Assembly: GCA_000004985.1 (NCBI GenBank)
Contig: GG738849.1
Direction: 5' to 3' (one strand)
Source of the DNA: Naegleria gruberi
Lineage: Eukaryota
Length of the DNA stretch: 64,000 nt
Part shown: positions 34,214 through 48,100 of the stretch, piece by piece
Position numbering within the stretch: position 1 is the first letter of the stretch
Layout: every line of letters starts with the position of its first letter
Translations under genes and position numbers: made by a program
The notes under the pieces: generated by a model
What the model saw: only the letters and a program-made list of their open reading frames with translations
Told to the model about the DNA's origin: nothing
Databases searched by the model: none

Positions 34214-36614
34214 ATGCTTCCACAACAAGGAATGACTTCAGGTACATCTGCTTCATCCTCTATCAGTGGTACTGAGCACGTTAATTTTCAGGAAATTGTT
34301 TCATCACTCCATAATGAAAATGCTATAGAATCAGCCCTTTACAAGGATGCTTCCAATGTTATCACTGATAGATTGGAGTTTGGCATTACTGTTGATGCTA
34401 TTCTTGTTAAACCTAATGTTGAAGGAAGTAATGATACCGTTGTTGAAAAGATTTGCAATGCTGTCAATGAAAATGGTGTTTCTATGCTCAGATCAGCTCT
34501 CGGAACAACAGTCATTGATCAAGGTACTATTAGAGTTGTTATGCACAATGGTCGTGTTGAAGTTTGTGGACCAGGTAAGTTTTATTGTGGTTGTGATGAA
34601 ATTTTTAACACATACTTTTGGATATTCTTCCAATATCATGTTGTGATGATCATTTCTACCATTATAATTTACATTGAAATAATAACAGGAAGATACATGA
34701 GAATTAATCCAAGAGCTCACTGGAGTGACACCTACAATTTGGAAAATGATGTTATTGTTCACGAAACTTTGAAAATTATTCGTATAAGAAAGGGTTATTA
34801 TGGCTTGGCTAATTTGAACGGACAACCTTTAATTCTCGGAGAGGGTTTGCACGTTAGAAATACCAGATTATTCTCTTTTAAGGAAGCTAAGGAAATTAAC
34901 CAAGAAAGAATTGAACATGGTACCATTAATATTTTGAGAATTCCTCAAGGGTACTATGGTAAGGTTATTGAGAATAACATTCCTAAATTGTTGAAGGCAG
35001 GTAATTATGTCGTTGATAGTGCTCTCTTCAGTTATCATGGTTTAGTTTCAATTAACGAAACTCATATCAAGCACTCTACCATTCAAATTATCAGAATTCC
35101 AAAGAGTTCTATTGGTTTAGTCACTGTTGGAACCAAGCCTTCATTATTGCAAGAAGGATTGTATATTTTCAATGATCAAAATGTTACTTATAATGGAATG
35201 AAGGATATTACAGACTCAGTAATTAGACATCCTCCAATTACTAGATTTAGAGTTACTTTGGGTGAGTTGGCTCTCTGTTGGTACAAGAGTGTCCCTGTCT
35301 TTATTTCTGGTGAGTAGTTTTTCTTGATTGTTATGATGATTTTAACACTTTTCAATCCAGAACCTCAAGTTTATGAAGTTAACAGTACTGACTTTTTATT
35401 CGAAAAGTGTGTACCTGTGAAAACCAAGACTATTATTTTGGGTTCATCAATGAGAATTATTGTTAATGAAGGTGAAGTTTGTGTTACTTACAAACGAGGT
35501 AAACTGGATATTCTTAATCCAGGTACCTTTGTTTTCACTAATGAATTGGATCGTACATTCGAATCATACATGTCAACTAGATTAATGTCCATTCCTTTGA
35601 TTGAAGATGTTTCCAAGGAAACCTTCTTGAGATGTGACACTCGTGACTTTGTTGAAGTTGGTATTAGAGCTGCTGTTTCATTTAGAATTTCTGATCCAAA
35701 ATTGACTTTAACTATTGGTAAGTAGTAGTATTTTTGAAAACAGTTCTTATATCTTCTCAGTTGGTAATGAAGCTCAAACCATCAAATTAATTAAGGATCA
35801 AAGTATTGCTGCTTTGCAAGCCATTGTTAGATCTACTGCATTGAATCAATTGGCTCAAAACAAGACCATTCCAGCCTCTGAACTTAAAGAACAAAATACT
35901 CAAACAAGTGATCACAGTGATCCTAATGTTTCTTCAAATCCATCAGCTCCACAATTCTTTGAAAACCTTCACGATGAATTCATTTCAAAACTCCATGACA
36001 CCTTCAAGAAGAGTTATGGTATTGAAATTGATAATATCCGTATTGAAGATTTCCAAATTATAAATCAAGAATTGGCAACAAACATTTCCAAACAAGCCAT
36101 CATTACTGCTGAAACCAGTACCAAATTGGCCAACTTGGAAGCTCAAAGAGAAATTGAATTGGCTGGTCAAGAAAGATTGAATTCTATCAACTCTATCAAG
36201 GCTACTGCTGAAGCTTTCAAATTAAAGACTGAAACTGAAGCCAAGAATAATGCTACCATTATTGAAGCTGAAACTAAGGCCATTGAAATCAAGACACTTG
36301 CCAAGGCCAGAGCTGAAGCTCTCACTATTGAAGCAGAAGCTGAAGCCAAAGCTATTGAAATTAAGGCTCTTGCTGAAAAGAAGAGAGCTGAATATTTGAG
36401 TTCAACTGAATTTGGTAAACAAGAAGCTCTCTTGACAAAACACCACGACATGGTTGTTCAAGCCATGAAGAGTGTTTCTCAAGTTGTTTACCTTCCTAGT
36501 GATGCAAATATGGGTTGCTTGCCTTTGCAAATGTTTGGCATGCAAGGTGGAATTCCTAATTTCGATAGTATTACTAAGGATGCTGGCAGAAGTAATGGTA
36601 GAAAAAAAGACTAA
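34214..36614 (+). CDS. SPFH/band-7 family protein (flotillin/vacuolin-like), 4 exons, with N-terminal tandem degenerate beta-hairpin repeats
   Basis: Exons are about 34214..34574, 34688..35309, 35361..35717 and 35761..36614. Donors are GTAAGT, GTGAGT and GTAAGT, all phase 1. The C-terminus is a flotillin-like coiled coil (EAEAKAIEIKALAEKKRAEY), the core is an SPFH domain, and the N-terminus has repeats (see findings). Confidence 0.7.
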
Positions 36615-36796
36615 GACTCTAAGTAATTTGTAAATAAAATAGAAAAGATTGTAATAATTACATTTTTAATAAATATCAATCACTGCTTCCTCCATAAATC
36701 GGATAACAAAAAATCAACTGTTTCATGATTGATGTGTGACTTTTTGACTCTTCATCAAGCAAAAAACAAGACTGAAAACCAATAAGAATCAAAAAA

Positions 36797-38973
36797 ATGA
36801 TCACATCCACACTCCTCTTCTCTCTCCACATTGGAATCAGTTATTACAAACATTATTCCTTTGTGAGTGGATATAATCAAGTAATGGAAAAACACAAACA
36901 AACTTTTGTGACCGATGAAACTCTACTCACCATTCTATCACCCTATTTTCTATTGTTAATATTGGAAAATATTCTATCGAGTATATTATTGGATTTACCT
37001 ATTGTATTATTATTGGCTATTAGTTTATTAATTGGTATGTGTATTAATCTATCATTATTAAAACAGTTTAAATATATATTAACATTTTATAACAATATAT
37101 ATAATCATCAAAATATTAACATTTTACAATCTATTATCAATATATATTTGTTTTTAATATATGAAAAGTTGGAGGATTATATTATAAGAAACCATCTCCT
37201 ATTGTTAGTGTAGCGTCATCCTCATCAACATCATCCTCATTAACTATATATTCAATTGTGTCCAATCTTGTTATTGACAGTTTATTCATTTCACTTTTAT
37301 TAATTGAATCAAGTGGAAATTTCTACAAAATCCTATTAGCAATCATGTATATTATTACTGCCTTTGGACTTGTCAAGACACTTTCCTATACCATCTACTA
37401 TTCACATACTCAATTACTTGTCAAATTAGCTCAATTTTTCATTCCAATTAGAATTAATTCTGAAATTAGACAAATTGCTCATGATTTGTACAAATTTGAT
37501 TTTAATTCTTTGATTGCCTATGTAATGACTTTATTTTCTATTGTAATTATATTGTTACCTTTGGCATCTGGTGGTCAGGAATTGAAAGGAAAGTTGATTA
37601 TTTTATTTGGAACTAGTTTATTACAATTAGTTCATTTACCACAAATTCAACATTATTTACAAAAAGCAATTTCATTGGATGAATTTGTTAAATCTAAATT
37701 GACTAGTATTGTTCCTGTTGGTGGTAGTACTGAACATTCTCAACCAAAGACAAGCCAAGTAGTTTCGAATATTTCCTCCTCATCTTCTGTTAAAGAAAAG
37801 GCTAAATTATTCGAAAATAATAAGGAACAACCACAACAACAACCTATTGTTGAAAAGAAGCCAGTTATTGTCAAGAAACCAATTGAACAACCTTCAGCAA
37901 CTAGTCAACCTGCTCAACCAAAACAAGTTTCCAAATTGGCCTCAACTAGTACAACATCTTCTACTATTGAAAAGGAACAACCAACCATTGTAAAACCTTC
38001 TACTGTAGTTGCCACTGAATCTATTTCTAAGAAACCAGTTGAAAAGCCTTCAAATAATATTCCAACTAGTCAACCAGAAATTTCTAAACCAATTATTCCA
38101 AAAGAAACAATTCCACCAAAAGAAGATACCAAATTAACTATCACACCATCAGAATCTTCTACTAATGCTGCCAATGTGAGTGGTGGTGTTAAAATTTCCA
38201 AACTCAATCTCTCACAACTTTCCAATATTCCACCTTCCACTGATAATGCAACTTCTGCTGAAACTCTTTCATCTGCCAGAGATTCTTCACGTGACAGTGG
38301 TTCTCTCTCAGCTAGACGTTCAGGTTCCTTTGTAAATATCATGAAAAATGTTCAATCTCCAAGGGATTCAATGAATTCACCTCGAAATACTTCAGCACTT
38401 GATGGAGTGACAAGTCCACGTGGTACTGCTTTGTTATCACCAAGAAATAGTAGTAATTTCAGTCAGATTGCTGAGAGAATGAAACAAAAATTGAATTTGA
38501 AACCTAAAGTTGAATCAAATGGGCCAGTGGTTGAAAGTTCATCTACTCAATTGGGACAAACTCAAAAATTGCATGAATCTCCTAATACTATGGACAAATT
38601 CAAGAAGGCTAAACTGGCTCAACCTCGTAAAGAACGTACACGTGCCAATGTCAAACAATTACTCAATAACGTCCAAGAATCCAATGAAAATTTAATAGAG
38701 CTACCTAAACAAGACGATTTTGAAAAATTAGAACAAGCATCTAAAAATGAAAAGAAATTTGGACTCACCAATCCAATCTTTAGATTACCTCCTCCTCAAT
38801 CATCTATTTTACCATCTGCATCCTCAACTGTTGAAGAAAAAGAAGAAAAAAAGGTTAATCTCGATAAGGTTATTGGAAAATCAAAACAACAACAAGGAAT
38901 GGGTGGAATTGACTTACAATCTGTATTGAATGCAAGAAACAAATTAAAGAAAACAGGAGAAGAATTGAAATAA
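36797..38973 (+). CDS. Membrane protein with multi-TM N-terminus and long S/T/P-rich disordered tail ending in a WH2-like motif; probably 2 exons
   Basis: ORFs 36797..37213 and 37258..38973 are probably joined by an AT-rich intron (about 37037..37277). The exact donor is uncertain. The C-terminus GGIDLQSVLNARNKLKKT resembles a WH2 actin-binding motif. Confidence 0.4.
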
Positions 38974-39045
38974 ATATCCAATAAAACATTTCCATCAAAA
39001 ATCATTAAAATGTCATTTTGAAATCGTCAACTTTCTAGAAAAAAA

Positions 39046-42005
39046 ATGCTAACGAAACTAAAGAACTCTTTCAGAAAGAAGGGAGCATCCAATTCTACTG
39101 AAGAATCGTCTTCCTCCTCTGAAAACATTGGTAATCAGTCCATTACTAGATCATTTCACAATTTAATTCAAGACAAAACAGAAAAAACTCAAGAAGTGAA
39201 AGAAACTAAACAACGAAGAGAAAGTGAAGGATATCTATTGTTACATTTGATAGGAGCAAGTAATTTACCATCGGCTGATGCTAACGGATTGTCAGGTATG
39301 TTGTGATGAAAAAAATTGATGAATTTTAATTGATGATGAAAATTTGATGGATGACATTTAGATCCATTCTGTAGTATCAAGATTAAAAACACAGGTCTCA
39401 GTGAATCAGAGGAACAATATCAAAAAACTGAAGTAATTAAGAAAGAATTGAATCCACATTGGAATTCATTCTTTTTCTTTGATGTGATTGAATTTAATGG
39501 AACTTTTGTAGAGTTTGAGGTTTATGATTATGATAGACTTTCAAAGAATGAGTAGGTTTTTATTTACTTTGGTTGAATTTTCTAATTTTGGAAATTTTAC
39601 AAAACAATTTAAATAATTTAAAATATTTAAAAATATAAATTTAAAACAACAAGTTTATTGGGAGGATGTGCATTTAATATTAAACTATTAACACCATGTG
39701 TTCAAACAGAATTATCTATTGGATTAGATACTAAAGGAACAGTTGACTGTAACATGATGTACATTCCACAAACAACTTTTGGTTTCTTGATGAAGAAATG
39801 TATTGAAACAAAGAACATGTACATTGATAGGGATTTCCCTGCCACCACTACATCCATTTGTCATAATGAAACCTTTTTATCAAGTAAGGGAATTGACCCT
39901 TCTTCCATTAGTAAGTTTTTCACACATACACACACTTTAAAATTCTTAAAATTCTTCATAATTTCAAACGCACAGATTGGATGAGACCTAAAGAATTCTG
40001 TAAAGGATCTCTGAGACCAGAACTTTTCCTAGCAGGTGTTGAACCAGCAGATATCAGACAAGGTAAAATTGGTGATTGTTACTTTTTGGGAGCTATTGCA
40101 GTTGCAGCATTGCATCCAAAATTAATCAAATCCTTGTTTATTCCATCTGCCTATAATGAATATGGTATCTATCAGATTAAAATGTTTTATAATGGTATTT
40201 GGCAAGAGGTCATTATTGATGATTATGTTCCAGTGGTTGTCTCTTCAAAGATTGAACAAAAATCAAGAAGTAATTATGCACCACTTTTTGTAAGATCAAC
40301 TGATTTGGAAGAATTATGGGTAATTTTATTGGAAAAGGCATATGCTAAATTACATGGATCATATGAAGATATTGAAGGTGCTCATTCAATTCGTGAAGCA
40401 TTTGAACATTTAACTGGTGGTTGGTCAGATGCTATCGAATTAGCTCCATACATGAACGGTAAAAAATCAAATACTGACCTATTTAATAACATGTTGGAAT
40501 GGAAAAAGAATAGACATTTGATGGCAACTTCAACTGCTAGTGATAATGATTTTGATTTTGAGAATTATCTTGTTCCTAATGATAATGGTATAGTTCCAAA
40601 ACATGCCTATTCAATTCTAGATGTTCGTTATGTTTCAAAAGAGGAAAGTCCTGAAAATATTCCATATCAACTTGTCAAATTGAGAAATACATGGGGTAAA
40701 ACTGAGTGGAAAGGTAAATTCGCTGATGATTGGGAAGGATGGACTGATGCATTGGCTAAAAAACTCAATCAGGTTAATAGTGATGATGGTTCTTTCTGGA
40801 TGAGCATTGATGATTACGTTGAACAATTTAATTACTTGTACATTTGTCGTGTTCCAATCACTGATGGATTTATTAGAGAAATTTCAGCAATTCCAGTTGA
40901 TTTGGATATTAAAAAGATGATTAAGGAAAGAGCTAGTAATGCACACATTATTTTCGATAAGAGAGGAGGAGCATGTGAGTGGAATCAAGAACTTTATCAA
41001 AATGCAGGTGGACAAATTTATTTCAAGGAGAGTTTCTTCCAAAACCCACAATTTAGATTGACCATTGATTTACCACCATCTTTAGCGAATCAAGATGATA
41101 CAGCAAGTATTTCAGATTTTAAATCAAACATGATTCGTATCATTGTTTCTATTCGTATAGTTGACGATGAAAAGACAAAGGATGCCAAACGAAAGAAACA
41201 AACCAAACCAAATCCTCTAGGTCTATACGTTTTCAGAAATAGAAAGGCACAAAAATCTGGCAAGTATGCCTTAATGGACTTTCCAGATAATGCAGCTGAT
41301 AGAGTTGGAGAAACCAACATGAAGAAATTGAGTCGTGATGCTGTGGAAATTTATCTCCCAAGACCAAATCCAAAGAAATACGAACAGGAGAAACAAGAAG
41401 GATTGCACGATTATACCATTGTGGCAAGTCGTTGGTATCCTAATACAGAAGGTTCATTTGCTATTCAAGTTTGTTCAGATTACAAACATTTACAGTTTGA
41501 GGCAATTGATGGATCTCAATCAGCAGCTGCATTTTGTAAAAAGGTTATTAAGAGTGAGTGGAATGGAGTGGACTCATGTGGAGCTCATTGGCAAACATCA
41601 ACCTTTTCTACCAATCCAAAATTCCTTATTCAATGTAAGGAAATTCCTAACCACCCACAAGGTAGTGAAGATTCTCAATTTATTAGAAATGCTGTGAATA
41701 TTTATGTGGAATCTGAGAATGGAAAGATACCATTCTTTCCCTATGTAGTTTCATTGGTCAAGTTTAAAAAGTGGATGCAACAATCTGTACTGCAACCAAT
41801 CACTGAAGATCAATGTGTTCTATTTCCACCTAATGGAAATGAGTTCTTTACCATTCGTCATTCTTTTGATTGTGAGTTGGCCTGCAGAAGAGATAAACCA
41901 GTTTCATACTTGCTCATCTTGGGAACACCTTACAAGATGGCTGGAAAATTTACAATTGTTGTTAAGGCTGAACAAGAAATTACTATTGAACAAGTTTCAC
42001 TCTAA
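39046..42005 (+). CDS. Calpain-family cysteine protease with N-terminal C2 domain, 4 exons (908 aa)
   Basis: Exons are 39046..39295, 39362..39551, 39654..39910 and 39976..42005 (2727 nt, in frame). Donors are GTATGT, GTAGGT and GTAAGT. Exons 1-2 encode a C2 fold (LSG|DPFCSIKIKNTG...FEVYDYDRLSKND). The catalytic triad contexts are QGKIGDCYFLGAIA (Cys), VPKHAYSILDV (His) and VKLRNTWGKTEWKG (Asn). Confidence 0.8.
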
Positions 42006-42197
42006 TACAATAATTTATTAATTTACAATTAAAAAAAAATGTTAATGATTAGTACAATAGTTTGGATTTTCAGTTGGAATTTGATTTTTTATTCCTTACT
42101 GGATACTTTCTTTGTGTAGGATTGTTGCCCTCGATAATATAAGTGGAATAGTAAAAAAAGATTAGATAAGCTAATTGGAAAATATTATAAAATCCAT

Positions 42198-45100
42198 TTA
42201 TAAGAAATCAAGAGTTTCTTCTGTTGTGTGATGAGTGTGAGAATGAGAGGAATGATGGTTACGAGAGTGATCCATGAGGGAACCAACAATTTCATCATCC
42301 TTACTCATGTATGAACTGAAACGGAGATGACTCAAGAGGGCATCCTTCAATTGATTAATGTTTTGTTCTTCAAGATTGGCGCTCTTTTCCTCCTTTTCTT
42401 CCTTTTCACCACTTTCTGCCTTCTCTAAAGTGTATGATCTCAGAGTTGGGAAGAAGGTAATATATTGCTTTTGAGCCAACTCGGCAACATATTGCTCAAT
42501 ACCTGTATATTCATCTTTTGGTTTCTTTTCGAGATAGATTAAAAAGTAAACATAATTCCACATGTTGTGTTCCTTCTTAATGTGTCCTTCAAAGGTAATA
42601 CCTTCATTGGCACGAACGTCGAATCTGGACTTTTCATTAGAACATATAAAGCAGAAACCTGACTTTTCCTCATCCAATTCTTGTTTCTCTTCTCTTCTTT
42701 CACTGAAACTTTCAAGCACAATACCGAAAACAACATTGACCAAAATAATGATAATCAAGAGTGAAAAGTACAAATCAATAAAGATACGGGTGACATCAAG
42801 TGGGTATGGATCAGTAATATCTTCCCAGAAACCACCTCCACGAAGACCATAATTGACAATGGACATGAAGCATGTTAATGTTTCCTTACAAACAATAACC
42901 TTGTTGAAAACAAACTGATCATACTTGAAGGAAAACATGAGGAAGGTGTGAACAATCATGGCAAATGCAGTCAAGACACCAGTGTAGAATAACTTTTCAT
43001 AATTTTGACCAATGGCAACAATAATATCCAATAAACCATCAGGAGATAAGAAGATTATTTCAAATGTCAATATAATATATGCCAAAGGTGTTACAAATAT
43101 ACCAATCAAAATCATGCAGAAATAGATTAAAATCCACCACAAGTAAGGATCTTGAGCAGTGTACAGGGCAAACTTTCTGAAAAATTCACGATCCTTATGC
43201 AATGTATCCCACGATTGATCCTTCTCCAGTTTGAATTTCTTCTTAATGTTCAACATTAGGAAGAAGTACAAGTGTATTCCCAATAATCCAAAGGTTAACA
43301 ATAATAGTATGAGACCCAATATTTCAACCACAATACCAATAGGCATATAATTAAAACTATTTCTATACTGTATGCCATCTGGTAGGGCAATACCTGGAAC
43401 AACTACTGGACCAGAAATTGAATCAAACTGTTTAGTATATGTAGCAGTGACCAGAATATTAATGAGTACTGCAATCAAAAACACTCCAACCTTAATCTTG
43501 TACCAATTCTTTTCTATAAATTTCCATCCTCTTGCTTTCAAACTATTTGGATTGTCCATAAGACTCTTCAAGTGCATCATTTCAATTCTTGCAATTTGAT
43601 AAGTCCAATCAAAGAGGGATTTCACCTTGGTTTGTGGAGATTCTCTGTTACAGCTTTCAACAAACTCATCCTTGGTAGATTCTTGTAAATGTCTACATTG
43701 TTTGATGATTTTAAAGTGAACGATTTCTAATTGGTTATCTCTAATGACTTCTATGGTACCAACTCTTGATTCATAGTAATTGAGCCATGCCTTTTCTCCT
43801 TCATCCATTTGACTAATAGTCTTGTCTTCCGAGTCAAGATAGTCTGGAGTAATTTCATTGAAATCAAAGTCCAAATATTTAAGGAGAATGAAAATAGAAA
43901 TACCAATGTTTTGGGATTTCTTGATGCAAGTACGAACATCAGCAGGATTAGGCGTTTCTGTCTTGTTTTCAAAAGCAAGTATTTTCTTGATTTTTTCCTT
44001 ATATTCTGAATGACCGTCTGTGAATAAAATCATGAGTTTGCATAATGACTTGAAATCTAGGGACTTTTTGATATGATTCTTTGAAATTTTGTTACCACCT
44101 TCTAACATACTGGTAAGAAGAATGATAATCTTTTCAATCAGCTCTAGTTCATCCTCAACCTTCAAGTGATCAACAAATTCACCTTCCAAATCGTCATCTG
44201 GGAAGTCCATATCCTTATCTTCTGGATCAAGAGATTTTCTACCCAAAATTTCATTAATGACAGTCATTAATCTGGTTGAGGAGGCAAGTTCAATAGATGT
44301 TTCAATACAAGGACCTTGAATCATTTCATTGAGAGTATCGAATGCTTGAATAAAGTTTTCAGCACTGTCTTCGCTCAAATACTTGAACAAACCCAAAACA
44401 TAGTCAATACATTCGGAAACTAGATTTACGGAAATCTTATTGAAAGGTTGATTGTAGAGCATTTGTTGATTTGGCAAGTAGTGACCTTCACACAACAACT
44501 TTAAAAAGAGCAAGACATCCTTTGCATTGGTTGTATCATGTTGAGCATCTTGGGAATTATTTCTCTTTCTTATAGAGAAGTATTCCTTAACTTCGTAGGT
44601 TGATTGTCTGAGACGGTTCTTCATGGCCATAAAGAATGACTCATAATTGCCACTTCTGACAATAGTACCAACAACCTTTCTGGTTTCAACTGAGGTCAAC
44701 ATTTCATGAGAGAGTTTGAGAGCTGGAACAACAATTTCATAATCCGCTGTCAAAAGTTGCAAGACCAATTCTGGTATTCCATTTTCAACAGAAAATTCTG
44801 GCTTTTGATCTTTGATAGCATACTTGATGGTTTCAATAGCTCCAATAAAGGTCTCAACTAAATCTTTGGTAATACCAATGGACATGATTCTTTGTAAAAC
44901 CCCAATTAGTGTCTTGAATTGACCTTCATAGGCGTTAACAAACAATTTGGCCAGATCTGAGAAGATTGATTCTGCACTTTGAGCTTGAATTGATTCAATG
45001 AAAAGCTTGAAACGTTTGGCTACTTCGTTACCAACATCAACTGTGAGTGCCTTGTTTTGAATGGCTTGTGGTGGAACAATCTTGACAAGGGCATTTCTCT

Positions 45101-48100
45101 TTACTTGCAAGAACTTGACCTCCAATTCGTGGGAAATTCTTGTACGTTGGTGAATTTCATAAAAGCACTTATCAATATCCTTTCTATAGTTTTCATTAGC
45201 AGTATATTTGTACAATTCTATGAGGTTGGTCAAAATTTCTTCAATAATTTGCAATGTATCACTCTCGTTGGACTCTTTTGCATTGGAGAGAGTTTCTTTG
45301 GAATAATAATTAATAAAGTAATTAGTCAGGAGTGGAATAATAATTGAATAAATGTACTTTTCACTGACATAGTACTCGGCACTAATATCATCATTGTCAT
45401 CCTGAGGAAGATCATTTCTGAGTGGAGGTAATTGATACGTGACATCTCTTTCTAATTTACAAATATTTCTACCCTTGCAGTCAATATAATATTTAATTTC
45501 TTCCTTGATTCTCTTGAAGAGACGCCAAATAGTAGTATTGGCAATAACGTCATTGGATTTCTTCTCTGTATTAATGTATAATTCGTTGAGCAAGCTCATG
45601 AGAGGATCTCTTACTAGAGGAATCAACTTTTCAGATAATAAAGAAATACAATCATCAAATGACAAGATGGATTGAATTTTGACTTCTGCCTCCTTTACGG
45701 TACCCAAGGTACAATCACTGAGTAAGTATAACATGTTAATGTGATAGTTCAAAAGAGAACCTGAAACTTTGTATTCCTTGTTGAGAATTCTTTGTCTTCT
45801 CTCCTCTATACCAACATCATCGTTGAAGAGAACAATGATATCTTTTCTTTCTGTTGAAAGGTAGATGGCAATAATATCTTGGTTTCTTTGTAAATTGGAA
45901 GTACCAATTCTCGTTAAAACTCTTAAAAAGTTTAAATGCCAAGACTTTTTACCCAACTCTCCAATCTTGTCAATATATTTGTGGATAAGTTTTTCGTCCA
46001 AGTTGATGAGGAGTTGCTTATTATCTCTCACAATTTCACATAACAATTCACTGGTATCTAATTTATCGGAGAAGATACCAATCAAAAAGGCAATGTGAGA
46101 GAAGAGCTCTGATTGATTTTCAGTATTACTTCTAACAAATTCTGTCAGCACTAAAACCGCTTTTTGATAAATATTACTCTTGATGTTTTCTGGGTAAATT
46201 TTAGTGAGGCAGAGAATCATGAGTTCGTGAATTTGCAAATTTCTCAGAATGCTTTGAGCACTATGGCCATACTTTTTCACGTCGGCAAGAATTCCCTTGA
46301 TGGTATTCTTGAATTCCTTATATTCTTTAGAATCTCTACCACCAGAGAAAGTGGCATTATTGACCAGATTGTTCAACTTGTTATAATAATTGAAAATAGT
46401 TTCATAGGATTGGACTAACTTTGGTGTGGTCAATAAAACTAATCTTTCCAAGTTATTCTTCAATTCAATATCTTGCATGGATGAACGAAGTAAAATCTTG
46501 AGAGCCTTGATTGGAAGTTCATTATTTTGATACTTGAGTAAGAAGAGCATTGTTGGAATGAATTTTAAAGGAGGAAGACTTGAATTGCTATGAGTATAAT
46601 CTGTCTTATCAAATTGGAAGAATGAAATATTCTTAATCTTCATCGCTAAAGTATCCATCATTCTGGTGTTATTGTCGTCAGACTTGGCTTTGAAAAAGTC
46701 AAGAATCAAACTAATACGATAGTCAATACGCATATCAATAACATAGAGTAGAATGTCACAAATTCTATTCTTAATCTTGATAATTAGACGATTGTTTTCC
46801 GAATCTACAAAGTTCAACTCTTCGTTGGCATCAGTTGTGGCCTTTAGGGTTGCCAATAATAAGTGAATAATGTTGGAAATTTCTTCCTGATCAGTGGTAT
46901 AACTTTCGTCCAACTTTTTGTGTTCCAAATCATCACCATATGGATTGTAAGCTCTGTACAAGAAGAGTTTGTGGCAAATCTTAACTAATTGATAGCTAAA
47001 CCATTGATCTTGGTTGGTAGTGAGTTTTCTATTGGCAGAAACGAAAAAGTGTTTGTAAATAAAGTCCTTCAGTCTCTTATGTTGATATCTGTAATCTTCA
47101 AAGGTAGTAGTGGTTCTAAGTGTACTGTTACTGTTTGTCCACTTTCTAGTAAGTTTAATTGCAGGTACTTGTTCAATACCAACAGCATCAACATACAAAT
47201 ATTCCATCAAATTGGAAAAAGCAGAACGAATACTCAGAGGAGCAGTTGCATCTTCAATACATTTCAATACCAAATCGTATGGGAAAATTCTTTGAACAAA
47301 GGGAATAGCCATTGTATTCTTACCAGAACACAATGAGGCGAAAAATCTGATTGAGCTTATCATAAATTCGAAATATTCAGTCTCACAAAAGTGTTTAAGT
47401 GATTTGGTTTCACCTGTTGAAGGGATATCCACAATAGGTTTCCCCTCCTCAATTCTTGGTACAATGAAAAGTCTTGGATGTTTTTGGATGGCATCAGATA
47501 AAAGTTCTACCAATCTGTTTTGATTCTTTTGGATTGGTCTTTCCTCACATTTACATAAAATTGTCAAAAGTTTGAGGTAGAGATCCTTCTTTCTGGTATT
47601 TTCAACTAAAAGATTGAAAAATCCCTCAATTTGACTCGATGAAATACTGTCCAATAGCTCCATATTATCCTTAATCATACCAATCAAAAGTTCTGTATTG
47701 GTCTGACCAATAGAGTTGGCAAAATCTTTGGAAGAGTTTAGGACAACTTCTGAAGATTCTCCCAAGATGTGATTTTGTAATTCGTGGAAATACTTTTCAA
47801 AGACGTATAAACTGTTTGGTACGTGAAGAAGTGTAATTTGTCTGATAGATCTGAAACTATATTGATAAAGTTGATCCCATTTGTCATCCTTGCCAAATAT
47901 TTCACCAGAATCCTTGATAACTTGCATAATAGTGTCAATGAGACCAATATCTCTGAATGCAGATTGCCTCTCAGGATATGGAATACCTTCTCTTTTCATT
48001 ACATCTTGTTGAGTACTTTCAGTACAAAATCTGATAATGTGACGTAACATTTCTAAAACAGATTCAATGTCAACACGTTGTGGTTGTTGAATGGATGTTT

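Noticed and set aside
34670-34695. Mismatch between the displayed sequence (gaaatataacag gives an in-frame TAA) and the ORF track (which reads IEIITG through this spot)
   Set aside because: The position lies inside the first intron of the SPFH gene, so it does not affect the gene model. It is noted only because it implies a 1-nt inconsistency between the two inputs or a misreading on my part. Intron coordinates in this gene are given as approximate for that reason.
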